Assembly: GCA_012523295.1 (NCBI GenBank)
Contig: JAAYIT010000048.1
Location: 2,300 to 66,299, forward strand
Direction: 5' to 3'
Length of the DNA stretch: 64,000 bases
Origin: Porphyromonadaceae bacterium
GTDB taxonomy: Bacteria > Bacteroidota > Bacteroidia > Bacteroidales > Paludibacteraceae
How positions within the stretch are numbered: position 1 is the stretch's first letter; each line of letters starts with the position of its first letter. Made by a program: the position numbers and the translations under genes. The notes beneath the pieces were generated by a model, which saw nothing but the letters and a program-made list of their open reading frames with translations, did not search any database and was not told where the DNA came from. Shown here in pieces: positions 28,223-37,033 of the stretch.

Positions 28223-28363
28223 TAGTCCAATATTCAATACAAATGAGCTTTTGAGCTCAAAGAAAATATTAACGAGAAGACAAAAGAACAAAGATAGATG
28301 ACGTACGTCGCTTATGTAACACGTTTTTTATCTCTTATCTTTTATCTTTTATCTAACTAACCT

Positions 28364-29761
28364 ATGCAAAGAACAAAAATTGTTGACGCGCTGAAAAGTA
28401 CAGCGTTTGGAACCGATGTGAACATTAAAGGTTGGGTGCGTACCCGCCGTGGAAATAAAAACGTGAGTTTTGTCGCGCTGAATGATGGTTCTACTATTCA
28501 TAACATTCAGATAGTGATTGATTTAAGCAAGTTTGAAGAAGAATACCTGAAACCGATTACTACGGGCGCTTGCATCAGTGTAACGGGTAAATTGGTGGAG
28601 TCGCAAGGCAAAGGGCAAAACGTGGAAGTGCAGGCAGAAAACGTCCATATTTACGGCGGCGCCGATCCGGAAACATATCCGTTGCAGAAGAAAGGACATA
28701 CGCTCGAATTTTTGCGTGAGATCGCGCATCTTCGCCCCCGTACCAACACGTTTGGAGCCGTGTTCCGCATCCGTCACCACATGGCGATTGCCATTCATAA
28801 GTTTTTCCACGACCGTGGATTTTTCTATTTCCACACACCGATTATCACCGCTTCCGATGCGGAAGGAGCCGGGCAGATGTTTCAAGTAACTACGCTTGAC
28901 CTGAATAACGTGCCGAAAACTGAAAACGGTGAAGTGGATTTTTCGGAAGATTTTTTTGGACGTCACGCCAACCTGACCGTTTCCGGACAGCTTGAAGGCG
29001 AGCTGGCGGCGATGGCACTCGGCGCGATTTACACGTTCGGACCGACATTCCGCGCCGAAAACTCCAACACACCGCGTCACTTGTCCGAGTTTTGGATGAT
29101 TGAGCCGGAAGTGGCATTCTACGAAATTGAAGAAAATATGCAGTTGGCGCAGGAATTTATCCAGTACTGCGTGCAGTGGGCATTGGATAACTGCGAAGAT
29201 GACTTGAAATTTCTGAACGATATGTATGACAAAGAATTGATTGAACGACTGAAGTTTGTGGTCGAAAATGATTTCAAGCGTCTGACTTATACCGAAGGAA
29301 TTAAAATCTTGGAAGAGGCCGTAGCAAACGGTCATAAATTCGAATACCGTGTAGGTTGGGGAGTGGATCTGCAATCCGAACACGAGCGCTATTTGGTTGA
29401 AAAACATTTCAAAAAACCGGTTATCCTGACTGATTACCCGCAGGAAATCAAAGCTTTCTACATGAAGCTCAACGAAGACGGAAAAACCGTGCGTGCCATG
29501 GACGTGCTTTTCCCGAAAATCGGCGAAATTATCGGCGGTTCACAGCGTGAAGAAGACTACGAAAAACTAAAAACGCGTGCCGCTTCAATGGGCGTTCCCG
29601 TTAAGGATATCTGGTGGTATTTAGATACCCGCCGATTTGGCACCGCGCCTCACTCGGGCTTCGGACTCGGATTTGAGCGGCTGTTGCTTTTCGTTACCGG
29701 CATGGCTAATATTCGCGATGTGATACCGTTCCCGCGGACACCGCATAATGCTGAATTTTAA
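28364..29761 (+). CDS. asnS: Asparagine-tRNA ligase
   Basis: 465 aa. It has an N-terminal OB-fold anticodon-binding domain and class II motifs ([36 protein letters not shown]). Confidence 0.93.
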   Translation: MQRTKIVDALKSTAFGTDVNIKGWVRTRRGNKNVSFVALNDGSTIHNIQIVIDLSKFEEEYLKPITTGACISVTGKLVESQGKGQNVEVQAENVHIYGGADPETYPLQKKGHTLEFLREIAHLRPRTNTFGAVFRIRHHMAIAIHKFFHDRGFFYFHTPIITASDAEGAGQMFQVTTLDLNNVPKTENGEVDFSEDFFGRHANLTVSGQLEGELAAMALGAIYTFGPTFRAENSNTPRHLSEFWMIEPEVAFYEIEENMQLAQEFIQYCVQWALDNCEDDLKFLNDMYDKELIERLKFVVENDFKRLTYTEGIKILEEAVANGHKFEYRVGWGVDLQSEHERYLVEKHFKKPVILTDYPQEIKAFYMKLNEDGKTVRAMDVLFPKIGEIIGGSQREEDYEKLKTRAASMGVPVKDIWWYLDTRRFGTAPHSGFGLGFERLLLFVTGMANIRDVIPFPRTPHNAEF

Positions 29762-29769
29762 AAGGGCTG

Positions 29770-29813
29770 CGAATTGACGCGAATTAGGACGAATTACACG
29801 AATTACACGAATT
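29770..29813 (-). repeat. Five CGAATT repeats phased at 9-10 bp (inverted counterpart of 23290..23329)
   Basis: CGAATTGACG CGAATTAGGA CGAATTACA CGAATTACA CGAATT, starting 9 nt after the asnS stop. It shares the string AATTCGTCCTAATTCG with the 23.3-kb copy on the opposite strand. Confidence 0.8.
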
Positions 29814-30043
29814 TTATTTGCAACCAACGGCTTCAGTCCGTTTGTTGCGTAAAGCTGAGAATTGAAAAGAGGATAAACTTCCGGCAGTCATTTTTGGTAT
29901 AAAAAAGGGGAAAATCGGATAATTTTCGAATGGATTCGAAAAAAAAACCGGTTTATTTTCGATTTTGTTCGAAAATAATACTAATAAGTGTAAATGTGTT
30001 TCGTTGATGGGTAGCAATTTAGATGAATAAAATTATAAATAAT

Positions 30044-30308
30044 GCGAATCAAAGGTTGATAAAAAAATCGAAAAAGCTAATAAGGTTATAATTTGATAGT
30101 TGCGATAGTTATTAAGGTTAAAGAGACATACTGAAATAAGGTTTTTTGTGAAATAATTAATAAAAGAAGTGCTTTTGAAAAATAAAGCCTCATTTATCTG
30201 ACTGAAAATTAACCTTAATAACATTTATTGTCTGAGCTGAATTCACCTTATTGCCTTATTTTCAGTTAGATATAATTTTTTGTTGTTAAGTGTTGAACTC
30301 TCGATTCG
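30044..30308 (-). repeat. Family C palindromic MITE-like element
   Basis: The reverse complement aligns with 10824..11056. Termini are GCGAATCAAAGG ... GAACTCTCGATTCG, with mirrored TAAGGT motif blocks inside. Confidence 0.8.
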
Positions 30309-30702
30309 AATAAATAAATGAACTTTAGCGCCATAAGAAAAGAACTATAAATATCCTTTCAGGAGCGAGCGGTTCGAGCAGAGATGCAATTGTTGTACTT
30401 AATAATAACCAAAAAATAACGTGTCAAAATTGAAAAGAAAATAAAAACATGAAGAAGTTAAGAAATCATTAAGGAATCCATTAAGAAAAGAACTAAATGT
30501 CTCTTAACTCCTTAACTGTTTCTTAATGTTTTTTAAAAAACTATAACTACCGTAGGTAAGGATCTGTTTTCTATAGCGATTGATTCTTTGTCTTTTCAAT
30601 TTTACTTTGTAAAAAGATATTTTTTCAAAAAAACTACTTATTCTAAACTCATCAAAGTCCACCGTCATCAGACTTGGATTTAAGAGGCTTATTAATAAAC
30701 AT

Positions 30703-32550
30703 ATGGAAAATATTCAAGTAAAAGAATTGGACAATGTAGTTGTGCTGTTTGCAGGTGATTCCGGAGACGGGATGCAGCTTACAGGAACTTTATTCTCCAA
30801 TATCTCTGCCGTAATAGGCAATGAAATTTCAACCTTCCCGGATTATCCGTCCGAGATACGAGCTCCACAAGGCACGTTGGGCGGTGTTTCCGGATTTCAG
30901 GTTCATATCGGATCAAGCAAAGTTTATACACCCGGCGATGAGGTGGATATTTTTGTGGCAATGAATCCGGCTGCTCTTAAAGTAAATATTAAAAAGGTCA
31001 AAAAAGGGGGAGCCATTATTTTTGATGTGGATAGCTTTCAGAAAACTGACTTGACAAAAGCCAATTTTATAACAGACGATCCTTTTACGGAACTCGCTGT
31101 TTCTGATACCATCACGCTTATTCCTGCCCAGCTCACCACACTCACTCAGCAAAGCTTAGATGGTTTCGGTCTGGACGGAAAAGATGTATTGCGCAGTAAA
31201 AATATGTTCGCTCTCGGATTGGTTTGCTGGCTATTCAATCGGCCGATGGATAAAGCGGAACATTTTATTGAAAATAAATTCAAGAAAAAACCGACCGTTC
31301 AGCAAGCCAATATCAAAGTAATGAACGATGGATTCAACTACGGCAACAACCTTCATTTAACTATCCCTACATACACAATTGAACGTTCAGGAGATACAAA
31401 ACCAGGAAGATATACGAGTATTTCGGGGAACAAGGCGACTTCTTATGGACTGATCGCCGCCGCCGAAAAAGCCGGATTGCCATTGTTTTTGGGAAGCTAT
31501 CCGATTACTCCCGCTTCTGATATTATGGAGGATTTGGCGCTCCGACGTGATTTGGGAGTGAAAGTGATGCAATGTGAAGATGAAATAGCCGGAATTGCAA
31601 CCGCTATCGGAGCTTCATTTGCCGGAAACTTGGCCGCGACCAACACTTCAGGTCCCGGATTGGCTTTGAAATCTGAAGCCATTGGTTTAGCCGTGATGGC
31701 AGAACTACCTTTGGTGATAATCGATGTGATGCGAGGCGGTCCTTCTACCGGGATGCCTACCAAAACGGAACAAACCGATCTGCTGCAGGCGCTTCACGGA
31801 AGAAACGGCGAAAGTCCCGTAGTAGTCATTGCTCCAAGTACACCGGATGATTGTTTTCACTATACTTACATGGCTTCCAAAATCGCATTGGAATATATGA
31901 CTCCGGTCATCGTGCTTTCTGACGCGTTTATTGGTAATGGAACTTCACTCTGGAGGTTGCCGAAATTAGCCGATCTCCCCGAAATTAAACCAAACTACGT
32001 ACCCGCAGATTTCGAAAATTACAACGCGACTTCTCGAAATGAAGAGACAAAAGTACGCTATTGGTCGTTCCCCGGCACAGAAGGATTTGAATATCGTAAC
32101 GGGGGATTGGAGAAAGATTATTATAAAGGAAGTATTTCTACCGATCCGAAAAACCATCAAAAAATGGTTGATACCCGGGCGGCAAAAGTTCAAAATGTGC
32201 AACGCGATATCCCTGATTTAGAGATTTTTGGCGATGAAAACGCCGATTTGTTAGTTGTAGGTTGGGGAAGCACCAAAGGGCATTTGATGGGAACTGTTTC
32301 GAATATGCTCAAAAAAGGTAAAAAAGTAGCTATGACCCACTTTAACTATATTAATCCGTTGCCAAAAAACACAGCGGAAGTGTTGGGTAAATTTAAGAAT
32401 ATAGTAGTTTGCGAATTAAATTCAGGACAGTTTGCATCACACTTACGTGCGCAAATTCCCGGAGTAAATATTCTGCAATACAACAAAGTGCAAGGACAAC
32501 CATTTACGGTTACCGAATTAGAAGAACAGTTAAATAAATTTGAAAGTTGA
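30703..32550 (+). CDS. korA: 2-oxoglutarate/2-oxoacid:ferredoxin oxidoreductase, alpha subunit
   Basis: 615 aa. The N-terminal part resembles the gamma domain (GDSGDGMQLTG) and the rest the alpha domain (YPITPASDI, GPGLALK). The stop overlaps the beta-subunit start. Confidence 0.85.
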   Translation: MENIQVKELDNVVVLFAGDSGDGMQLTGTLFSNISAVIGNEISTFPDYPSEIRAPQGTLGGVSGFQVHIGSSKVYTPGDEVDIFVAMNPAALKVNIKKVKKGGAIIFDVDSFQKTDLTKANFITDDPFTELAVSDTITLIPAQLTTLTQQSLDGFGLDGKDVLRSKNMFALGLVCWLFNRPMDKAEHFIENKFKKKPTVQQANIKVMNDGFNYGNNLHLTIPTYTIERSGDTKPGRYTSISGNKATSYGLIAAAEKAGLPLFLGSYPITPASDIMEDLALRRDLGVKVMQCEDEIAGIATAIGASFAGNLAATNTSGPGLALKSEAIGLAVMAELPLVIIDVMRGGPSTGMPTKTEQTDLLQALHGRNGESPVVVIAPSTPDDCFHYTYMASKIALEYMTPVIVLSDAFIGNGTSLWRLPKLADLPEIKPNYVPADFENYNATSRNEETKVRYWSFPGTEGFEYRNGGLEKDYYKGSISTDPKNHQKMVDTRAAKVQNVQRDIPDLEIFGDENADLLVVGWGSTKGHLMGTVSNMLKKGKKVAMTHFNYINPLPKNTAEVLGKFKNIVVCELNSGQFASHLRAQIPGVNILQYNKVQGQPFTVTELEEQLNKFES

Positions 32551-33569
32551 ATATGGAAACCACAAAAATAGATTATACACCAAGAGATTTTAAGAGTGAT
32601 CAGCAGGTACGATGGTGTCCGGGCTGTGGAGATTATGCGCTTGTGAACAGTTTGCAAAAGGTGATGGCCGAATTGGGAGTTTCACCTCATGATACAGCCG
32701 TGATTTCCGGTATCGGATGCTCGTCACGACTACCCTATTATATTAGCAGCTATGGCTTTCATACCATTCACGGACGAGGTGCAGCGGTAGCTTCGGGCGT
32801 AAAAGTAGCTAATCCGGCTCTTACCGTTTGGCAAATAACCGGTGATGGCGACTGCTTAGCAATTGGCGGAAACCACTTTATACACAGTATCAGACGAAAT
32901 GTGGATATTAATATCCTGCTATTCAACAACCAAATATACGGATTGACAAAAGGGCAATATTCTCCTACCACACTGAAAGGCCGAATCACGAAATCATCTC
33001 CGTATGGAACAATTGAAGAGCCTTTCCGTCCGGCAGAACTCACCTTTGGAGCACGTGGTAATTTCTTCGGGAGATTGCTGGATGTAGATTTGAAAAACGC
33101 GCAGCAGGTGATGCTTGCCGCCGCGAAACACAAAGGCGCTTCTGTAATCGAATGCCTAGTGAACTGCGTGATTTTCAATCATGGCGCGCATGATGCACTT
33201 GGCGACAAAGCCACTCGACCGGATAAAACGATTTTTCTTGAGCACGGAAAACCGATGATTTTTGGAGTGAATAATGACAAAGGATTGATTCTTGAAAATG
33301 GACGATTAAAAGCGGTTAAGATAGGTGAAAACGGAGTTTCTGAAAATGATATTTTAATTCATGATGCTGAAACCCCAAATCCAACTTTGCATTGGGAGTT
33401 GGCAATGATGCAAGGTCCGGATATGCCGATAGCATTAGGAATTATCCGTGATGTTCCGGCCGAGACGTACAATGATGCAATGGATGCTCAAATTGCTGCC
33501 GTTAAAGCCAAATCAAAAATCAAATGTTTTGATGATTTGGTGGATAGCTTAGAACAGTGGGAGATATAG
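32547..33569 (+). CDS. korB: 2-oxoglutarate/2-oxoacid:ferredoxin oxidoreductase, beta (TPP-binding) subunit
   Basis: 340 aa with WCPGCGDY and GDGDCLAIGGNHFIH (TPP motif). It overlaps korA by 4 nt. Confidence 0.85.
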   Translation: MNMETTKIDYTPRDFKSDQQVRWCPGCGDYALVNSLQKVMAELGVSPHDTAVISGIGCSSRLPYYISSYGFHTIHGRGAAVASGVKVANPALTVWQITGDGDCLAIGGNHFIHSIRRNVDINILLFNNQIYGLTKGQYSPTTLKGRITKSSPYGTIEEPFRPAELTFGARGNFFGRLLDVDLKNAQQVMLAAAKHKGASVIECLVNCVIFNHGAHDALGDKATRPDKTIFLEHGKPMIFGVNNDKGLILENGRLKAVKIGENGVSENDILIHDAETPNPTLHWELAMMQGPDMPIALGIIRDVPAETYNDAMDAQIAAVKAKSKIKCFDDLVDSLEQWEI

Positions 33570-33632
33570 AGCCCCTCTCTAACTCTCCCCGGAGGGGAGA
33601 GAACGAGTTCAAGTCGAATTTTTAAAACGATC

Positions 33633-34388
33633 TTATGTTGTACGCCCCCAAATCTCCCCAGCGGGGAGGTTTGGTAGGGCTATCACTTCTTTAAAATAAT
33701 ACTCCTTCCTTTCTCCATTCTCCATAGTCAAAATTAACTTTCCGTCCGGTTCCACATTCTCTATTTTTGCAAGGAAATGTTCTTGAGTTTGTGCGTCGAT
33801 ATAGGGATGAAAACCGTCTTTCCGGTAGAGATTTTGGTGGTAATCGTGTTGGATTCTTTCAAAATCCATTTCGCGATAAAGCGTAAGAAGTTTGCTATAA
33901 ATGTCTGAAAGGATTTTTTCCCGATCCATTTCTTTGCCGGTAATTTGTTTTAATGAAACGGGGTTGGGCGCATTGCTCGTAAAAACTTCTTGATTGACAT
34001 TCAGTCCGATACCGATAATGCACTTGTCAATTTTATCCCGAAATAGCGAATTCTCAATCAATATACCGCAGATTTTTTTCTCTTTCCAGTATATATCGTT
34101 TGACCACTTGATGGTAATATCGTCGGTGTAGCTATCAAGGACTTTTTTTATTGCCAAACAAGTGAGTTGAGAAAGGATGAATTGTTCATTAATTTTAATG
34201 TTTTTGGGGTAAAGCAAAATGCTGAAAAGGAGATTTTTTCCGTTTTCGCTTTCCCATGAATTTCCCGGCTGTCCTTTTCCGGCAGTTTGAAAATCGGCGG
34301 AAACCAAATACCCTTCGGGAAGCTTTTCCTTTAAGGAAAGCTCTTTGAGGAGGGTGTTGGTGGAGATGGTAGATGGGATGTGGAGCAT
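33633..34388 (-). CDS. birA: Biotin-[acetyl-CoA-carboxylase] ligase (no HTH domain)
   Basis: 251 aa with QTAGKGQPGNSWES and KWSNDIY motifs. The last ~15 codons read through a G-rich repeat motif. Confidence 0.8.
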   Translation of the reverse strand: MLHIPSTISTNTLLKELSLKEKLPEGYLVSADFQTAGKGQPGNSWESENGKNLLFSILLYPKNIKINEQFILSQLTCLAIKKVLDSYTDDITIKWSNDIYWKEKKICGILIENSLFRDKIDKCIIGIGLNVNQEVFTSNAPNPVSLKQITGKEMDREKILSDIYSKLLTLYREMDFERIQHDYHQNLYRKDGFHPYIDAQTQEHFLAKIENVEPDGKLILTMENGERKEYYFKEVIALPNLPAGEIWGRTT

Positions 34389-34472
34389 AATTTATTAGTC
34401 ACTAAATCTTCGTCAACTGACGGAGTAATTTGGAGTGTTTTTTGATTTTTGTAAAAACTTATCTCTGTTTTT

Positions 34473-34600
34473 TGGCGACAAGAATGTCGCTATATCCGAA
34501 ACTTCTTCGGATTAACTACTTCAAGGGTTTTCAACCACTTGAAGAGTTAAAATACAACTTTCCAAATGGTCGGAGACCTTTGAAATAGTTGAGAACATAG
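34473..34600 (-). repeat. Family E intergenic repeat, copy 1
   Basis: The GGCGACAAGAATGTCGC hairpin plus the core 34518..34595 is the reverse-complement match of 47903..47975. Confidence 0.7.
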
Positions 34601-34638
34601 AAATAAAAAACCTAAAAAATCCTGCCTCTGTGGGGGAT

Positions 34639-36057
34639 TTAGTATTGGGCTCTTATTAAAAATTCTTCTATCTTTTTCCTTGTTTCTATAGTGCTTGTCG
34701 AGTTTGGATTATTCACAATCACCGCGAAAGCAAATCGGTTACCGTTCGTGTTGATGTAACCGGCATAAGCTCTCACACGGCTGATTGTACCACTTTTTGC
34801 TTGCACTCTCCCTTCGAGCGAAGTGCCTTTCAAGAAATTACGTATGGTGCCCGATTTACCTGCCACAGGCAGAGAAGCACGGAAGACCGAATTGTTCGAT
34901 GACTTATCCATATAGCTCAACAAACTTACGAAAAAATTGGCAGAAACCGCGTTTACGGTGGAAAGCCCCGAGCCGTCGTAGAGAAAAAGTTCGTCCACGG
35001 GCAAGCCTTTCGATTTCCAAAACGCATTAATCCGTTTCACCGCTTCGGGCGATGATGCCTGTATTCCCGACTGCAACGCCAAATGACGGAACAGATGTTC
35101 GGCAAAATGATTGTTGCTGTTCGAATTGATTTCTTGGATAATTTCGGTTAATTTTGGAGATAAATGGGTGTAAATCACGGTTCGTCTACCGGAAACGCCA
35201 GCTTCATCGGTAGCAATACCCGTAACTGAAATTCCACTCGATTTTAATTTCCAGGCTAAATCCCTTGCCAAAACTAATCCGGGACGCGGAATGTCGCCCT
35301 TAATCTTAAAACTTGGACGATTAGCAGGAATCTCTCCGTAAATGCTACGCTCGTTCACAAATGGCGCACCGTAGAAATAGGCGCTGTCAAAGCGGATGGT
35401 GGTGCTTCTCAGGTAGTTTTTGAATGTTAGTTCGGGAATGTTCGGTGTGATTTTCACGATTTCGGGCGTGGTGCCCACCGCACCCGATCTCAGCTCCATT
35501 TCAAAGGTGTTGTCTTTGTACGAAATGCCGTAAGCGCCCGCCCCAAAGTAATTTCCCATATCTTCCCAAAGCCATTTCGGATTTATGCCTTCCGTGTCGT
35601 ACACCGACGCGTTGGCAATGATATTACCGTTGATTTGTTTGATGCCTGCTTTGCGAACGGCTGAAATCCAATCATTTAGAAAATTAATGTTCCCCAATTT
35701 CGACGAACCGAGTGTCGGGTCGCCACTTCCGTAGATGATTAAATTGCCTTGTAAAACGCTGTCGGCTGAAATAATTCCCTCAATTTCCAACGTAGTTTTG
35801 AACCGATAGTCCGCTCCCAAAACTTCCAAAGCCGTTGCCGTGGTAATTAATTTTACGGTCGAAGCCGGCACGAACGAGTTACTCGCGTTATGGCTGTGTA
35901 GCGTTTTCCCGCTCTGTAAATCCTTGACCATAATGCTAATGTTTGCATTGCAGTGTAAGGAGTTGTTGGTTAAAGTGGCGATCGGGGATTGGGCTGAACC
36001 GAGCGAACAGACAAGAAAAATTATTGGAAAAGTAACGAGTTTTTTCATAAAGTTCAA
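34639..36057 (-). CDS. dacB: D-alanyl-D-alanine carboxypeptidase/endopeptidase (PBP4, peptidase S13)
   Basis: 472 aa with a signal peptide, SxxK (ASTVKL), SNN (NSNSNNHFAE) and KSG(T) (AKSGTI) motifs. Confidence 0.85.
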   Translation of the reverse strand: MNFMKKLVTFPIIFLVCSLGSAQSPIATLTNNSLHCNANISIMVKDLQSGKTLHSHNASNSFVPASTVKLITTATALEVLGADYRFKTTLEIEGIISADSVLQGNLIIYGSGDPTLGSSKLGNINFLNDWISAVRKAGIKQINGNIIANASVYDTEGINPKWLWEDMGNYFGAGAYGISYKDNTFEMELRSGAVGTTPEIVKITPNIPELTFKNYLRSTTIRFDSAYFYGAPFVNERSIYGEIPANRPSFKIKGDIPRPGLVLARDLAWKLKSSGISVTGIATDEAGVSGRRTVIYTHLSPKLTEIIQEINSNSNNHFAEHLFRHLALQSGIQASSPEAVKRINAFWKSKGLPVDELFLYDGSGLSTVNAVSANFFVSLLSYMDKSSNNSVFRASLPVAGKSGTIRNFLKGTSLEGRVQAKSGTISRVRAYAGYINTNGNRFAFAVIVNNPNSTSTIETRKKIEEFLIRAQY

Positions 36058-36096
36058 TAATTGATTTTTTAGTCTGACTTATAGACTTTATTATCC

Positions 36097-36231
36097 AATA
36101 TGATATAGAATTTGTCTAAAACTATTCATGGTAATTATATTTTGGAAAACTCTTATAGAGTTTGGCTTTATGTTTTATATTTTCCCCCAGATAAATCTGG
36201 GGGTTATTTATGGTTTTGTCCTACGGACATT
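36097..36231 (-). repeat. 135-bp duplicate of the RAYT 5' end plus its upstream hairpin module
   Basis: Near-identical to 36882..37016. It includes the first 11 RAYT codons (MNSFRQILYHI) and the hairpin CCCCCAGATAAATCTGGGGG at 36184..36203. Confidence 0.9.
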
Positions 36232-36375
36232 TTTTCCTGATTTTATAAATTCAAGATGCTTAATAGGAACAAAAACTTGTGCAATTCCGCTTTCTATCCC
36301 ATCTTTAATTTCTTTTTTTAGTGCTAAAATTTTATTTTTTTTCATTTTTTTTTTAACTAATTGCTGATAAGAAAT
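36208..36375 (-). pseudogene. Possible 5'-truncated ParD-like antitoxin remnant
   Basis: The translation ...QQLVKKKMKKNKILALKKEIKDGIESGIAQVFVPIKHLEFIKS resembles the C-terminal half of ParD-type antitoxins. There is no RHH half, and both ends run into repeat modules. Confidence 0.25.
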
Positions 36376-36389
36376 ACGCTGTAAGCGTT

Positions 36390-36465
36390 TCCATTGCATA
36401 ACCCCCGGATTTATCCGGGGGATTTGAGCAAGAATATGCCCAAAACTCTGTAAGAGTTTACCAAT
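36390..36465 (+). repeat. Inverted copy of the RAYT-flanking hairpin module
   Basis: The hairpin CCCCCGGATTTATCCGGGGG (36402..36421) and the flanking ...GCCCAAAACTCTGTAAGAGTTTACCA match the reverse complement of 36930..36990, with compensatory stem changes. Confidence 0.8.
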
Positions 36466-36467
36466 TA

Positions 36468-36914
36468 TCAAATTAAATATCGTTCATTCCATTCTATTCC
36501 ATTCTCGGTTAAAAGCTGTTTTAATTCATCAGCAAATGAAACTTTGCGATGGTGTTCTTTTTGATTTTTTATGTAATTGATTATTTTATTTTTGTCTTTT
36601 AGATTGTAAGTAATTGCACAATATCCTTCTGCCCATGATTTGAAATGCGGGAAAAGCCCGGAGTTTTTCATCCAAATATTAGAAGCTGTTTTTATCTCCT
36701 TGATGTAATCGGATAATGCAATCGTTGGGTGCAAATCTGATAAAATATGAATATGGTCATTAGTCCCATTAATTCTGTATAGAACACAATTTCTTTTATT
36801 AATTGTACCCCAAATGTATCTGTAAAGAGCCTCGTGATGCTCTTCTGTTAATGTTTGTTCTCTATTGTAAGTACCGAAAACAATATGATAGAGAATTTGT
36901 CTAAAACTATTCAT
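36468..36914 (-). mobile_element. IS200/IS605-family Y1 (HUH) transposase, RAYT-like
   Basis: 148 aa with YHIVFGTYNRE, an HUH motif (NDHIHIL) and downstream catalytic-Tyr-region candidates (YIKEIK ... AITYNL). It is flanked on both sides by inverted hairpin modules. Confidence 0.8.
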
Positions 36915-37016
36915 GGTAACTATATTTTGGAAAACTCCTACAGAGTTTGGTTTTATGTTTTGTGTTTTCCCCCAGATAAATCTGGGGGTTATTTTTGGTT
37001 TTGTCCTACGGACATT
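36882..37016 (-). repeat. RAYT 5' end plus upstream hairpin module (master copy of 36097..36231)
   Basis: The hairpin CCCCCAGATAAATCTGGGGG lies at 36969..36988. This segment is the 135-bp match of 36097..36231. Confidence 0.9.
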
Positions 37017-37033
37017 ATTGATAGCTATTTCAA

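Noticed and set aside
28523-29407. Long antisense ORFs inside asnS (294 aa), and likewise inside cysS (60099..61097, 332 aa), the BtuG-like gene (53448..54446, 332 aa) and the sigma-54 regulator (16630..17175, 181 aa)
   Set aside because: Each lies entirely opposite a gene with strong family motifs. Their translations have no recognisable motifs and odd composition, so they are typical shadow ORFs.
23000-29800. Calling the 23-30 kb segment a horizontally acquired island on the basis of higher G+C
   Set aside because: By eye the segment is GC-richer than the PUL. However, asnS, cysS and the B12 operon are similarly GC-rich, so composition alone cannot distinguish foreign DNA from gene-specific codon usage. 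Quantitative k-mer and GC3 analysis is needed.
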